Positions 29,826 through 40,092 of a stretch of DNA of 64,000 nucleotides are shown here, in pieces; position 1 is the first letter of the stretch; each line of letters opens with the position of its first letter. The DNA is taken from contig JAOUOS010000012.1 in assembly GCA_029880285.1 (NCBI GenBank), positions 484 to 64,483 on the forward strand, written 5' to 3'. A program made the position numbers and the translations under genes. A model generated the notes under the pieces. That model had not been told where the DNA came from. It saw nothing but the letters and a program-made list of their open reading frames with translations, and did no database searches. The stretch is from Spirochaetia bacterium (GTDB taxonomy: Bacteria > Spirochaetota > Leptospiria > Turneriellales > JAOUOS01).

Positions 29826-29854
29826 TGACACTTTATATTTTATTTATTAATATT
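29826..29854 (+). promoter_or_regulatory. Sigma70-like promoter for sucB-lpd
   Basis: TTGACA (29826-29831), a 17-nt spacer, then TAATAT (29849-29854). The ATG is at 29869, which implies a very short leader with no clear RBS. Confidence 0.4.
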
Positions 29855-29868
29855 TAAATTTAAAGAAC

Positions 29869-31080
29869 ATGAGAGAAATTCTTGTCCCAAATTTAGGGGA
29901 ATCAATTACCGAAGGAACAATTGCTTCTTGGTTTAAGAAAGAAGGTGAACCAGTATCAGCTGACGAGCCTTTAGTAGAACTTGAAACAGATAAAGTTACG
30001 GTTGAAATAAACTCTCCCGCAGAGGGAATTTTAGAAAAAATAAACAAAACCGCGGGCGAAAACGTATCAGTTAATGAGGTAATAGGCATTGTAAAAACAG
30101 GCGTTTCGGCTCAAAGTAAACCAAAAGACGACTTATCCACATCTCCTAAATCTAAAAAAGAAGAAATTAAATCAGAAGAGACTTTAATATCACCAGCTGC
30201 CAGAAGATTAGCCGAAGAAAACTCTATTGATATATCGAAAATTACCGGAACGGGTAAACACGATCAAATAAGCAAAGAAGACGTAATTTTATTTTTAGAT
30301 AAAATAAAAAAACCACCCAATGAAAATAAACCTGATATGAATAAATCTTCTGATTTTACTGCTACATCAGAAAATACCAATAAAAATGAAGAAATTATTC
30401 CCATGAGCCGGTTAAGGCAGGCTATTGCTCAAAGGCTGGTACAGGTTCAACAAACATCGGCTATTTTAACTACATTTAATGAAATTGATATGTCTGCGGT
30501 AATGAATCTTCGCGCGAAATACAAAGATGCATTTGAAAAAAAATACGGCATTAAACTTGGTTTTATGAGTTTTTTTGTAAAAGCAGTTATATACGCCTTA
30601 AAAGAATTTCCTGCGATTAACGCAGAGATAAGAAATAATAATATTGTTTATAAAAAATACTATAATATAGGAGTAGCCGTGGGCGGCCCAAAAGGATTGG
30701 TTGTTCCCGTGCTAAAAAACGCAGAAAAACTCTCTTTTGCAGATATTGAAAAAGAAATCAGCCGCTTAGCTTTAAAAGTAAAAGATTCTGCTATATCACT
30801 TTCAGAGCTGGAAGGCGGTACTTTTTCAATTACAAACGGCGGAATTTACGGCTCAATGCTTTCTACGCCCATATTAAATCCTCCCCAAAGCGCTATTTTG
30901 GGCATGCATAATATTGTGCAAAGACCTGTTGTGATTCATAATGAAATAGTCATAAGGCCCGTTATGTACGTGGCTTTATCATATGATCACCGCATTGTAG
31001 ACGGTAAAGAAGCGGTAACATTTCTTTTGCGAATAAAAGAAGCAGTTGAAGAGCCTGCAAGATTAATGCTTGAGGCATAA
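29869..31080 (+). CDS. sucB: Dihydrolipoamide acyl(succinyl)transferase E2
   Basis: Single lipoyl domain ([14 protein letters not shown]), a PSBD segment ([22 protein letters not shown]) and the catalytic DHRIVDG. Confidence 0.8.
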   Translation: MREILVPNLGESITEGTIASWFKKEGEPVSADEPLVELETDKVTVEINSPAEGILEKINKTAGENVSVNEVIGIVKTGVSAQSKPKDDLSTSPKSKKEEIKSEETLISPAARRLAEENSIDISKITGTGKHDQISKEDVILFLDKIKKPPNENKPDMNKSSDFTATSENTNKNEEIIPMSRLRQAIAQRLVQVQQTSAILTTFNEIDMSAVMNLRAKYKDAFEKKYGIKLGFMSFFVKAVIYALKEFPAINAEIRNNNIVYKKYYNIGVAVGGPKGLVVPVLKNAEKLSFADIEKEISRLALKVKDSAISLSELEGGTFSITNGGIYGSMLSTPILNPPQSAILGMHNIVQRPVVIHNEIVIRPVMYVALSYDHRIVDGKEAVTFLLRIKEAVEEPARLMLEA

Positions 31081-31083
31081 AAA

Positions 31084-32502
31084 ATGAGTTTAGAATTCGA
31101 CTTAGCAGTAATAGGAGCGGGACCAGGCGGATATACCGCCGCAATAAGAGCTTCTCAACTGGGTCTAAAAACAGCAATTATAGATAAGCGTGAAACTCTT
31201 GGGGGAACCTGTTTAAATGTGGGATGTATACCCACTAAAGCCCTTTTAGATTCATCTGAAAAATTTTATAAAGTCAATGAGAAATTATCAGTACACGGAA
31301 TTGAAGTTCCATCTGTTAAACTTGATTTTAAAAAATTAATGGATAGAAAAAATAAAATAGTTTCAGAAGTATGTCAAGGCGTTGATTTTTTAATGAAAAA
31401 AAATAAAATCACCCGCTATCACGCCGCCGCTTCATTGAAAAATTCTCAAGAAGTTGAACTTGAAATTTTAAGTGGCGAAAATAAAAATAAAAAAATAACC
31501 TTAAACGCTAAAAATATACTTCTAGCGACAGGATCGGTGCCTGTTGATATACCTTCTTTATCTGTTGATGGTAAACACATTATTACCTCTGATCATGCCG
31601 TTAACTTATCAAAAATACCAAAGAATATGATTATCGTAGGCGCCGGAGTAATAGGTCTTGAACTTGGTTCGGTATACAGCCGCTTGGGCACTAAAATAAC
31701 CGTAATAGAACTTATGCCAAGACTTTTGCCCTTTGTTGATAAACAAATCGCGGCTTTTATGCAGCGTTCATTAGAATCTCAAGGTTTTAAATTTTTCTTT
31801 GAAGAGAAAGTCACTTCGTCAGAAATAAAGCAAAATGCAGTGGTATTAAAGACAACAGATAATAGCGGTAAAGTAAAAGAATTTGAAACTGAAGTTGTTC
31901 TTACTGCCATAGGCCGAAAACCCTATACCGAAAACTTAGGTTTAGAAAATGCGGGTATTAAACTTACTCCCGCTGGAAAAATTTCAATTGATAAAAAAAC
32001 ATACCAGACAAACATTAAGGGAATATACGCCGTAGGCGATGCAGTTGAAGGCCCTATGCTGGCGCATAAAGCAGAAGAAGAAGGCATTGCCGCTGCAGAA
32101 ATTATCGCCCAAAAACCAGGTCATGTGAATTATGAAGCAATACCATCCGTTGTTTATACATCCCCTGAACTAGCGTGGGTAGGTTTGTCAGAAGAAAACT
32201 GCAAAGAAAATAACATAGAAGTAAACACAGGAACATTTTTCTTTAGAGCAAATGCGCGCGCCAAAGCCATGAATGAAGCAGACGGATTAGTAAAGGTAAT
32301 TGCTCATAAAAAAACAGACAGACTTTTGGGTGTTTTTATCGCCGGACCTCACGCCTCTGAATTAATAGCCGAGGCAGTTGTGGCTTTTGAATTCGCGGCT
32401 TCTTCTGAAGATATTGCACGTTCGGTTCACGCACACCCGACTCTTTCTGAAGCTTTGCGCGAAGCCGCCATGGCCGTCTCTAAATGGTCCATTCATAGTT
32501 AG
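31084..32502 (+). CDS. lpdA: Dihydrolipoyl dehydrogenase E3
   Basis: GAGPGGY, the redox disulfide [13 protein letters not shown], and HAHPTLSE. Confidence 0.95.
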   Translation: MSLEFDLAVIGAGPGGYTAAIRASQLGLKTAIIDKRETLGGTCLNVGCIPTKALLDSSEKFYKVNEKLSVHGIEVPSVKLDFKKLMDRKNKIVSEVCQGVDFLMKKNKITRYHAAASLKNSQEVELEILSGENKNKKITLNAKNILLATGSVPVDIPSLSVDGKHIITSDHAVNLSKIPKNMIIVGAGVIGLELGSVYSRLGTKITVIELMPRLLPFVDKQIAAFMQRSLESQGFKFFFEEKVTSSEIKQNAVVLKTTDNSGKVKEFETEVVLTAIGRKPYTENLGLENAGIKLTPAGKISIDKKTYQTNIKGIYAVGDAVEGPMLAHKAEEEGIAAAEIIAQKPGHVNYEAIPSVVYTSPELAWVGLSEENCKENNIEVNTGTFFFRANARAKAMNEADGLVKVIAHKKTDRLLGVFIAGPHASELIAEAVVAFEFAASSEDIARSVHAHPTLSEALREAAMAVSKWSIHS

Positions 32503-32503
32503 G

Positions 32504-34543
32504 TTATTTTCCGCCGCCGAATTTATTCTTTATAAATTCACTGGTAGCTTTTTGCTGTTTTATTGAACCTTCCATACGTCCAAATTTTTCACGAAGTTTT
32601 TGTTCATATTTTTTAACATGTTCTTCTGTTCGTTCAATATCTTTTTGAAGTCTTGATATTTTATCTTGATTATTTTGTATTTGAGTAGAAATAACACCTT
32701 TCGTAAGGCGGGTATAAGGCTTTAAAAAGTTTTCTGTCATATAAGCCATGCCATTATCTACTCTTAAATCTCCATCAGAATCAACACCAAAAAAATCTTT
32801 TACCGCGCCCGGGTATTTTAAAAGGGTCTCTTCTAACTTCGCTTCATCAACCATAAGATAGCCTTCTGAAATGTCCTGCCATCTGCTTCCTATTTCACCT
32901 GTTGAAACGCCAATTACCGGTAAAATTTTAATTTGCGGTTCTTTTGTGGCAGGATATGGATTTAAAATTCTGCTTCTTAATCCGTTAACCAAACCTCTTA
33001 CCGTGGCATTTGTTATTAATGCGCCGGTTTCTTTTTTAGCTTCTTTAAATTTGCCTTCTTCTTTAATTTCAGGTGATTTTGTTACTTCTTTTGTAAACTG
33101 AATTAAGGTATTATAACTATTAACAAATTCCATTACCTGTTCTTTTGCTTTTGCCATATTTGGTTTTATTTCGGCCTTGATTGTTTCATTTCCCGCTTTT
33201 AACAAATTTAGTGTTGCTCCATTTACTATATCTTGTATATCTTCATTTTTTTCTCTTTCTATTTCAACTCCGTCAAAGTTAATAACTGCGTTTTGGGCAG
33301 GTTGAATTAAATTCGGGAAGTTTTCATTACCATCGGCGGGCTTTTTTTTATTATCCTCTTTTTTATCTTTTTCACTGTCTTTCTTTTCGCTTCCTTTTAC
33401 TTCATAAATCCATTCGGGATTTATAAAATCTACCTGCGCGTTTTCAACATAAAAGTCAATACTTTTAACATCTTCTTTTAATGGAACGTCTACAAGCTCG
33501 CCTTTTTCTTTTAATGATATTAATTCTGTTTCAAAAGATTTATAATTTACTTTAACCCCATAATCAAAAGTTTGCACTTCAAAGTGAGGCTTTTCTCTTT
33601 CTCTTGCAATATTGTAACTATCAAGAAGTATACCTTTAATATTTAATGATTCCACGGGCCCTTCTATAATACTAAAGGGTCCTAAATCTTCGTCTTCACT
33701 GGTCTTTGCGTGGTATTTTACGCGTATTTTTAATTTTTTAAGTTTACCATCAGCAATAACTTCAGGACTTTTATCAAAACGTCTCGCTGCGTTTTGATTC
33801 AAAGAAAGCTGTGTATAATCACTATTTATTTCTGAAGGACCTTCTTTAACTAATGAAATATTTTCCGGTTTAAAATAAATTTGCCTTCTTTCTTCACGCG
33901 TTTTATCTTCTGATTTTTCAGGCTGCGCGTTTGTCGGTAAAATTTCAATGGGACGATAAATTCCTAATGAATCTAAAATCTTATCTTGATCTTTTACCTG
34001 CCAAACACCTTTTTTGCCTGTCTCTTTACCCTCAAGAATCAAAACAAAATTTTCAGAATCTATATTTACTGTTTTTGCCGTTAGAATTTCATTGAAGTTT
34101 GAATTAAAAAATTCTTTTAAAGCGTGAATAGAACCGCCTGAAAATTTTTTTTCTGTGCCATTTATATTTATTAAAGCAGGTGAGAGCTTCTCTTTTGATT
34201 TTATAGGATTGCTTTTTACTTTTAAAACAGTCGCGAGATTATTTATTTTTATGTCATGCGTACCATCTTCAGCGTTTTTATTGGCTACACCTTCAATAAA
34301 TCCCGGAGGATTTGACTCTATGACTTTTTTTTCAAAAGCCGCGTCAAAGTTATATAGTACCCTTAAACTTTCTTCTAATTTTTGGGTTTGTTCGCGAAGA
34401 GCTTTTAATGATTCTATTTCAAATTTTAATTCATCCTGCTCATTTTTCATTCGATGGATAGGACGTTCTTCAAACTGTTTTAGTTTTTCTATCATGGGTT
34501 TAGTATCAACCCCTGACAAACCTTCCATCGTTAACGTAGGCAT
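32504..34543 (-). CDS. fliD: Flagellar filament cap protein FliD (hook-associated protein 2)
   Basis: N-terminus GLSGVDTKPMIEKLKQFEERPI, plus C-terminal coiled-coil FliD-type segments. Confidence 0.8.
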   Translation of the reverse strand: MPTLTMEGLSGVDTKPMIEKLKQFEERPIHRMKNEQDELKFEIESLKALREQTQKLEESLRVLYNFDAAFEKKVIESNPPGFIEGVANKNAEDGTHDIKINNLATVLKVKSNPIKSKEKLSPALININGTEKKFSGGSIHALKEFFNSNFNEILTAKTVNIDSENFVLILEGKETGKKGVWQVKDQDKILDSLGIYRPIEILPTNAQPEKSEDKTREERRQIYFKPENISLVKEGPSEINSDYTQLSLNQNAARRFDKSPEVIADGKLKKLKIRVKYHAKTSEDEDLGPFSIIEGPVESLNIKGILLDSYNIAREREKPHFEVQTFDYGVKVNYKSFETELISLKEKGELVDVPLKEDVKSIDFYVENAQVDFINPEWIYEVKGSEKKDSEKDKKEDNKKKPADGNENFPNLIQPAQNAVINFDGVEIEREKNEDIQDIVNGATLNLLKAGNETIKAEIKPNMAKAKEQVMEFVNSYNTLIQFTKEVTKSPEIKEEGKFKEAKKETGALITNATVRGLVNGLRSRILNPYPATKEPQIKILPVIGVSTGEIGSRWQDISEGYLMVDEAKLEETLLKYPGAVKDFFGVDSDGDLRVDNGMAYMTENFLKPYTRLTKGVISTQIQNNQDKISRLQKDIERTEEHVKKYEQKLREKFGRMEGSIKQQKATSEFIKNKFGGGK

Positions 34544-34722
34544 TTAAATTCCTTTTCTTATACTACCCCGTAAAAATATCGGAATATTTTTTAATTTACA
34601 ACAGAAAATTATTTTTGGCGATTAATTGACATACATTTAAATAATTGACTTTAAAAGCCGACATTGAATAAATAGTATAGAAGAAATTCATAAAATATAC
34701 ATTTAATTTCAGATATGTTAAT

Positions 34723-35928
34723 ATGCTAAAACAAATATTTTCAGATATATGGAGAAACAAAATCGCGCGAACAGGTTTCTTTGTCGCTATATTTTTAATT
34801 TCTTTTTCTAATATTATACAATACCGTTTTCAAATAAATAATTTTATTAACAGCTTTTTTAAGCCTCATTCTTTTGATAATCCTGATTCTTTTGGCAACA
34901 CACCGTATGGATTCGAAGAAGATATTGAAGAAGCCTTAGAAACCTATAAAACAGGTCTTGAAAAACTTATTGAAGAAAGTTATGATCTTTATAACTATGA
35001 TATTCCCGAAGAAATTTTTGAAAAAAAAATAGATTTAAATATTAATTGGCAAAAAGGACTTAACCGAGATTCTCTAGAAAAAGTTTATTACTTATTTTCT
35101 GATCTGTCCCTTTTTTGCAAACCTGTAACCGAGACAGACTCTGTATCTACTGAATGGCAAAGAAAAGAAAAGCTTAAAAAAAGAAAATTACGTTTAAATA
35201 AAACTGAAAAAACCTCACCTTTTGATTTCGCCCTAAAAGAAGATGATTATGAGAACATTAGAAATTATTTATTTGATCTTGATAGAAAATATTTTTCAAT
35301 CGCTATAGGCATGAAACCCGATAGTTTGGCAATAATTACATTTAGAGAAACTCTTCTTAACGCTTTATGTAAATCATCAATAAAACCAAAATTATGGATA
35401 AAAGCAATTGAATATAAAGAATACTATCATGAAAAAAAAATATTTAATGAAATAAAAAATCAGGGCAAAAATACCCGTGATTTTATGGATGAAGTTTACA
35501 CGAAGGGCCTAGTAAACGCAAAAAATGATCCTTATTATATTTCATTTTTAAAATCATATTTTATGGCTTCTACCGCGAGAAGTGAAAATATCCAATGGAA
35601 ATATGATTTTAGTAAAAACTACTATCTATTACATAAAGATAAAAACTATTTATATACGTATATCGAGTCTATGCTTTCAAAATCAAGAGTTTCAAATATA
35701 GAAGAAAACAAATTAATTTTTGATGAATTATTCAAATTAGAGTATCCAAACATTGAATCGGATTTTTCATATGTATACGCACTTGCTGAAACTGCTTTTA
35801 GAGCGGCAAATTATAAAAAATCAAGGGCCATAACAAATAATATAATTAAACATCGTTTATACAATAATAAAACTGAATATTCTCATATAAAAAGAATTGA
35901 CTTTATGCTAGAACTATCAGGTTATTAA
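34723..35928 (+). CDS. Hypothetical protein with one N-terminal TM segment
   Basis: Long ORF with host-like composition and no motif I recognise. Confidence 0.5.
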   Translation: MLKQIFSDIWRNKIARTGFFVAIFLISFSNIIQYRFQINNFINSFFKPHSFDNPDSFGNTPYGFEEDIEEALETYKTGLEKLIEESYDLYNYDIPEEIFEKKIDLNINWQKGLNRDSLEKVYYLFSDLSLFCKPVTETDSVSTEWQRKEKLKKRKLRLNKTEKTSPFDFALKEDDYENIRNYLFDLDRKYFSIAIGMKPDSLAIITFRETLLNALCKSSIKPKLWIKAIEYKEYYHEKKIFNEIKNQGKNTRDFMDEVYTKGLVNAKNDPYYISFLKSYFMASTARSENIQWKYDFSKNYYLLHKDKNYLYTYIESMLSKSRVSNIEENKLIFDELFKLEYPNIESDFSYVYALAETAFRAANYKKSRAITNNIIKHRLYNNKTEYSHIKRIDFMLELSGY

Positions 35929-35932
35929 ACAA

Positions 35933-37120
35933 ATGAAAAAAAAAAACATTTATCTCGATTATAACTCAACTCATCCGCCTAATAAGGCGTTAATAACCAA
36001 AGCCCAAAATATTTATTTTGAAAACTTTGGCAACACTTCTGGACTATCATCATTTTCCCAAAAAGCAGAATACCTTCTTGAAACATCCAGAGAATCTATC
36101 GCTAATAACCTAAATTTTAAAACTGACCAAATCATTTTTACCGCTTCAGCGTCTGAAGCAAACGCGATAGCTGTTTATACATCCATTAAGCCGATGTTAA
36201 ATAAAAAAAAAAATATAAATATTTATATTTCTCCGTTTGAACACCCTTCTGTTTCAGAAACAGTTCTTAGAATACCAAATGCAAAAGTAAATTTTCTAAA
36301 AATATGCCCTAAAGGAATTATAGATTTAGAATTTTTAGAAAAGCTCCTTAAAAATAAAAAAATAGATTTTTTAGCAATAACTCAAACACATAATGAAACA
36401 GGAATACTTCAACCAATAAATGAAATTATAAAGATTATCAAACGCTTTCCTGTACCTTTTCTTGTAGATTCAGTTCAAACGCTTTCTCGTCTGAATAAAA
36501 AATCTAAAAATGAATACTTTTATTTTGATCATACTATCGATCTTCCTATTTTCTTTACTTTATCAGGGCATAAAATAGGCGCCGGTTTTGGCACAGGTAT
36601 ACTAATAAGACCCGATGGAAAATATTCTGACATATTAAAAGACAATATTATTTACGCGGGAGGCACTCAGGAACATGAAATAAGACCGGGTTCTCACAAT
36701 CTAGCTTCAATATTAGCTTTTGATTTTGTATTAAAAGCTCAATTAAACAATAAGACGCTTACTGAAAATATAAAAAAAAATACGCGTGAGTGGGAATGTC
36801 TTTTATTAAAAGAATTTGAAAACTTTCTACCTGTAAAAATTATAGGTCAACACACTGAAAGAATTCCTGGAATAAGTCTTGTTTTATTTTTAAATGTACC
36901 GGTTGACTTTTTATTAATGGGACTAGATCAGCGCAACATATTTGTCTCTACAGGCAGCTCTTGCAAGTCAAAGGCGAGAAGCGCCTCACCAGCTCTCTTG
37001 AAACTGGGGTTAAATGAAAATGAAGCATTAAGTGTCATAAGATTCTCTTTTACAAATTTATTTCAAGATAAAGTTTTTGTAATTAATGAACTTAAAAAAA
37101 TAATAAAAAAACTTTCATGA
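35933..37120 (+). CDS. Class-V aminotransferase / NifS-IscS-like cysteine desulfurase
   Basis: PLP lysine context LSGHKIGAGFGTGILI and catalytic Cys context STGSSCKSK. Confidence 0.7.
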   Translation: MKKKNIYLDYNSTHPPNKALITKAQNIYFENFGNTSGLSSFSQKAEYLLETSRESIANNLNFKTDQIIFTASASEANAIAVYTSIKPMLNKKKNINIYISPFEHPSVSETVLRIPNAKVNFLKICPKGIIDLEFLEKLLKNKKIDFLAITQTHNETGILQPINEIIKIIKRFPVPFLVDSVQTLSRLNKKSKNEYFYFDHTIDLPIFFTLSGHKIGAGFGTGILIRPDGKYSDILKDNIIYAGGTQEHEIRPGSHNLASILAFDFVLKAQLNNKTLTENIKKNTREWECLLLKEFENFLPVKIIGQHTERIPGISLVLFLNVPVDFLLMGLDQRNIFVSTGSSCKSKARSASPALLKLGLNENEALSVIRFSFTNLFQDKVFVINELKKIIKKLS

Positions 37121-37202
37121 AAATATTTTTTCTATTGAAATTATGTTACAAGTTTTTTTATTAGCCTTAAACTTATTTCAAATAAGAAAAAAAGGAGATA
37201 TC

Positions 37203-37403
37203 ATGCCAAGAACACCAGCACAAGTAGAAAGAGCAATTAAACTAAATTTAGACAAACAGGCTAAATTAAAAAAAGAAGCTGATAGCGCAAAAAATGATCT
37301 TAAAAAATTAAGAGATGAACTTACAAAAGCTAAAGCTGATGCTAAAGCGAAAGCAGTTGCAAAACCAAAGGCTAAAAAAAAACCAGCACCCAAAAAAAAA
37401 TAA
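37203..37403 (+). CDS. Small lysine/alanine-rich basic protein (histone H1-like tail)
   Basis: The ATG at 37203 sits behind an AAAGGAG RBS. The 66-aa product ends KAKADAKAKAVAKPKAKKKPAPKKK. Confidence 0.6.
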   Translation: MPRTPAQVERAIKLNLDKQAKLKKEADSAKNDLKKLRDELTKAKADAKAKAVAKPKAKKKPAPKKK

Positions 37404-37419
37404 ACAATTCAATTATATA

Positions 37420-37460
37420 AAAAATCGGGATTTGATATATTTGCCAATTCTCGATTTTTT
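37420..37460. terminator. Bidirectional hairpin terminator between convergent genes
   Basis: AAAAATCGGGA (37420-37430) pairs with TCTCGATTTTT (37449-37459), including one G-U pair. A and T runs flank both sides. Confidence 0.5.
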
Positions 37461-37463
37461 ATA

Positions 37464-37853
37464 CTATTGTGCATTATTAAATAAATTTTTTTCAAGAGAA
37501 GAACGGTTCAACTTAAAATCCTGAAGTTCTTCTAATAAGCTATCTAAATCATTTTTTACATCTGTGTATTTATACGACATATTAGAAAGTGACGATTTCA
37601 ATTCTGAAAAATCTTTGCTAAATCTAGAGAGTAATTCTGGTTTATTGGTTTGATGTAGAAAATTTTCACTTTTGTTTTCTTCATTATTATGTTTAACTAA
37701 ATGCATATTTTCAGTATGTATCGCCTGTTTGCCCTGTAATTCTCTGCCATTTAATTCTCTTTCAATTTTCTCATCTTCAGCCGCAAATGCTTCTAAAAAA
37801 TTAGATATTCTTTCCCATTGTTCTTCAAATGTTTTTTCATTTTCTTTTTTCAT
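37464..37853 (-). CDS. Hypothetical coiled-coil protein
   Basis: 129-aa ORF, charged and helical, with no motif I recognise. Confidence 0.4.
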   Translation of the reverse strand: MKKENEKTFEEQWERISNFLEAFAAEDEKIERELNGRELQGKQAIHTENMHLVKHNNEENKSENFLHQTNKPELLSRFSKDFSELKSSLSNMSYKYTDVKNDLDSLLEELQDFKLNRSSLEKNLFNNAQ

Positions 37854-37964
37854 ATAAATATATTCGGATGTATTTTATTTTTTTAATAGATTTTTTTTAT
37901 GTCGTATTTTCTTTTTATTTAATAATATATTGACATACTATTTTATAAAAATATCACATATAAC

Positions 37965-38414
37965 ATGACAGCTTTATTAATAACCTTTTTATTTTTTAGT
38001 ATAATTTTAATTTTCGCGGCTTTAATATATCCTTTTTCAATTATAGCTGTATTATTGCAGACAATTTTTTTAACTCTCTCGATCTATGTCTATAGAAAAA
38101 AAAAAGAAAATCCGGGTATGACTGTTATAGCAATGCTCCTTCATTCGGTATTTTTTATAATTATTTTTTCAGCTTTTATTTTTATATCATATCCCTCAAA
38201 AGAAGATAGCGATATTCAATCTATTATTACAGGCTTAAAAAAAATAACAGCTAAATATTTTAACATACAAATTAATAATACAAATAAATATTTTAAAGAA
38301 TTAAATATAACACCGCCTGATAAAAGTTCAAATAAGAAAAAGATCGATAATAATCTATACGAAAATCCTATTGAAAAGAATATTGATGAAAAAAAAGTTG
38401 AGGACCCTTTTTAA
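37965..38414 (+). CDS. Hypothetical membrane protein (3 TM)
   Basis: Three hydrophobic helices followed by a charged tail. Confidence 0.45.
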   Translation: MTALLITFLFFSIILIFAALIYPFSIIAVLLQTIFLTLSIYVYRKKKENPGMTVIAMLLHSVFFIIIFSAFIFISYPSKEDSDIQSIITGLKKITAKYFNIQINNTNKYFKELNITPPDKSSNKKKIDNNLYENPIEKNIDEKKVEDPF

Positions 38415-38490
38415 TATTATTTAATTAACTAATTAAAGGAAAAATGGTGATATTTGCAATCAATAATTATATTATTGGCACAGAATTTAT

Positions 38491-40092
38491 ATGGGACTTT
38501 ACATTATTCTATCACTAACTTCTCTTATTTCGGCGGAATCTAAAATTTCACAGCCATTAGAAACTATTGTAGCGGGCAGCTCTGAATATAATGATATAGC
38601 CCCCGCACTTTCGGCTGATAAAAAAATTTGTATTTTTCAATCAAATAGAAAACCAAATTCAGGTTCTATAGATTTATATGAAACAAAATATATAAATAAC
38701 GAATGGCAAGAGCCTGTTAATATAACTTCTATTAATACTGAGTTTTTTGAGGGTTTTCCTGCCTTATCTGCCGATGGTAATTCGCTTTATTTCGCGACTA
38801 ATCGCGGCACAAAAGATAAAAACAATGAAAACTTAGATATATGGATTTCTAAAAGAGATAAAAACGATAAATGGCTTCATCCTGTTCCCATTGAAAATAT
38901 AAACTCAGAAGCTTATGACGCTATGCCCTCTATTTCTGCCGATGGCAATACTATATATTTTGTTTCAAAACGAGAAGGCGGCCCAGGCGGATTAGATATA
39001 TGGTATTCAAACAAAAAAAAAGAAAATTCGTGGGAATCACCTAAAGTACTTGAGGCAAATATTAATTCAGTGTATCATGAAGTTTCGCCTGTTATTTCGG
39101 CTTCGGGTAAAGAACTATTTTTTGCTTCAAATAAAAATGAAGGTTTTGGCGGTTTCGATTTGTATATGTCTATTTTAGATACAACTACGAATAAATATAC
39201 TACCGCCTTAAATTTAGGAGCCGACATTAACTCGAAAGATCATGAATATCTTTTTAGCTTATCGTATCAAGAAAACTCATTTTATATTTCAAAAGGAGAA
39301 CAGGGAGTTAAAAATATTATAAGCGCTCCCATTCTTCAAAATATAAATATAACACCTGTATTAATCTTTAACGCTATCATCGAAAACAATGACATTAAAG
39401 ATATAGAAAAAATAAATATACAACTTATCGAAAAAGAAAAATCTGTAATAAGAGAAATAATGCCGCGAAAAAATAATAATTTTTCAACTGTTCTTTCAGC
39501 AGGTTCCATTTACAGCCTTATAATTAAACATCCTGACTTTGAAGAATTCAATGCCAATATAAATTTGACAAAATTAAATTTCTCACGCGAAAAATATTTT
39601 TCTTTATCGCTAAATAAAAAAGGAGACTTATCAGAAAACTTAGGATTAAAAGAGATCTCTACAGAAAACATAGAAACAAAAGAAAAACCTGCGAAAGAAG
39701 AAAACACAGATACAGAAAATGAATCTACTAATTATATTAAATCTGAGGTTGTACCTTTGTCTTTTTCCGGCGTTGAATTTTTGGGCAATACATTAAATCT
39801 TGATGATGAATCAAAACTTGCTCTTAGAATATTTTACAGAAAAATACAAGATAAAAAAATAAATAAGATGAAAATAACAGCTTTAATAAATGAAAATAAA
39901 TCAAAAAAAACAAATGAAAATATAGCTTACAAAAGAGCTGAAGCTGTTCTTGCATATTTTTTAACTTTAGGATTAAACAAAGCACAAGCAGAAACAAATA
40001 TAAAAAAAGTGACAAAATTAGAAAGTCTTAAAACAATTGAAATTAGTATTGAAGAACAAAATGAAAATGAAAAGGAAAGTAAAGAAAAATGA
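38491..40092 (+). CDS. PD40 (TolB-like beta-propeller repeat) protein with C-terminal OmpA-like domain
   Basis: Repeated (P)ALSADG..(L)YFAS.R units, and a C-terminal OmpA-like AYKRAEAVLAYFLTLGL. Confidence 0.65.
   Translation: MGLYIILSLTSLISAESKISQPLETIVAGSSEYNDIAPALSADKKICIFQSNRKPNSGSIDLYETKYINNEWQEPVNITSINTEFFEGFPALSADGNSLYFATNRGTKDKNNENLDIWISKRDKNDKWLHPVPIENINSEAYDAMPSISADGNTIYFVSKREGGPGGLDIWYSNKKKENSWESPKVLEANINSVYHEVSPVISASGKELFFASNKNEGFGGFDLYMSILDTTTNKYTTALNLGADINSKDHEYLFSLSYQENSFYISKGEQGVKNIISAPILQNINITPVLIFNAIIENNDIKDIEKINIQLIEKEKSVIREIMPRKNNNFSTVLSAGSIYSLIIKHPDFEEFNANINLTKLNFSREKYFSLSLNKKGDLSENLGLKEISTENIETKEKPAKEENTDTENESTNYIKSEVVPLSFSGVEFLGNTLNLDDESKLALRIFYRKIQDKKINKMKITALINENKSKKTNENIAYKRAEAVLAYFLTLGLNKAQAETNIKKVTKLESLKTIEISIEEQNENEKESKEK

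Noticed and set aside
34560-34600. Possible sigma28 promoter upstream of fliD (minus strand TAAA...TCCGATAT)
   Set aside because: The CCGATAT resembles the -10 GCCGATAA element. However, the nearest TAAA is only about 11 nt upstream instead of about 15, and TAAA is frequent in this AT-rich DNA. The call is not supportable without a TSS.
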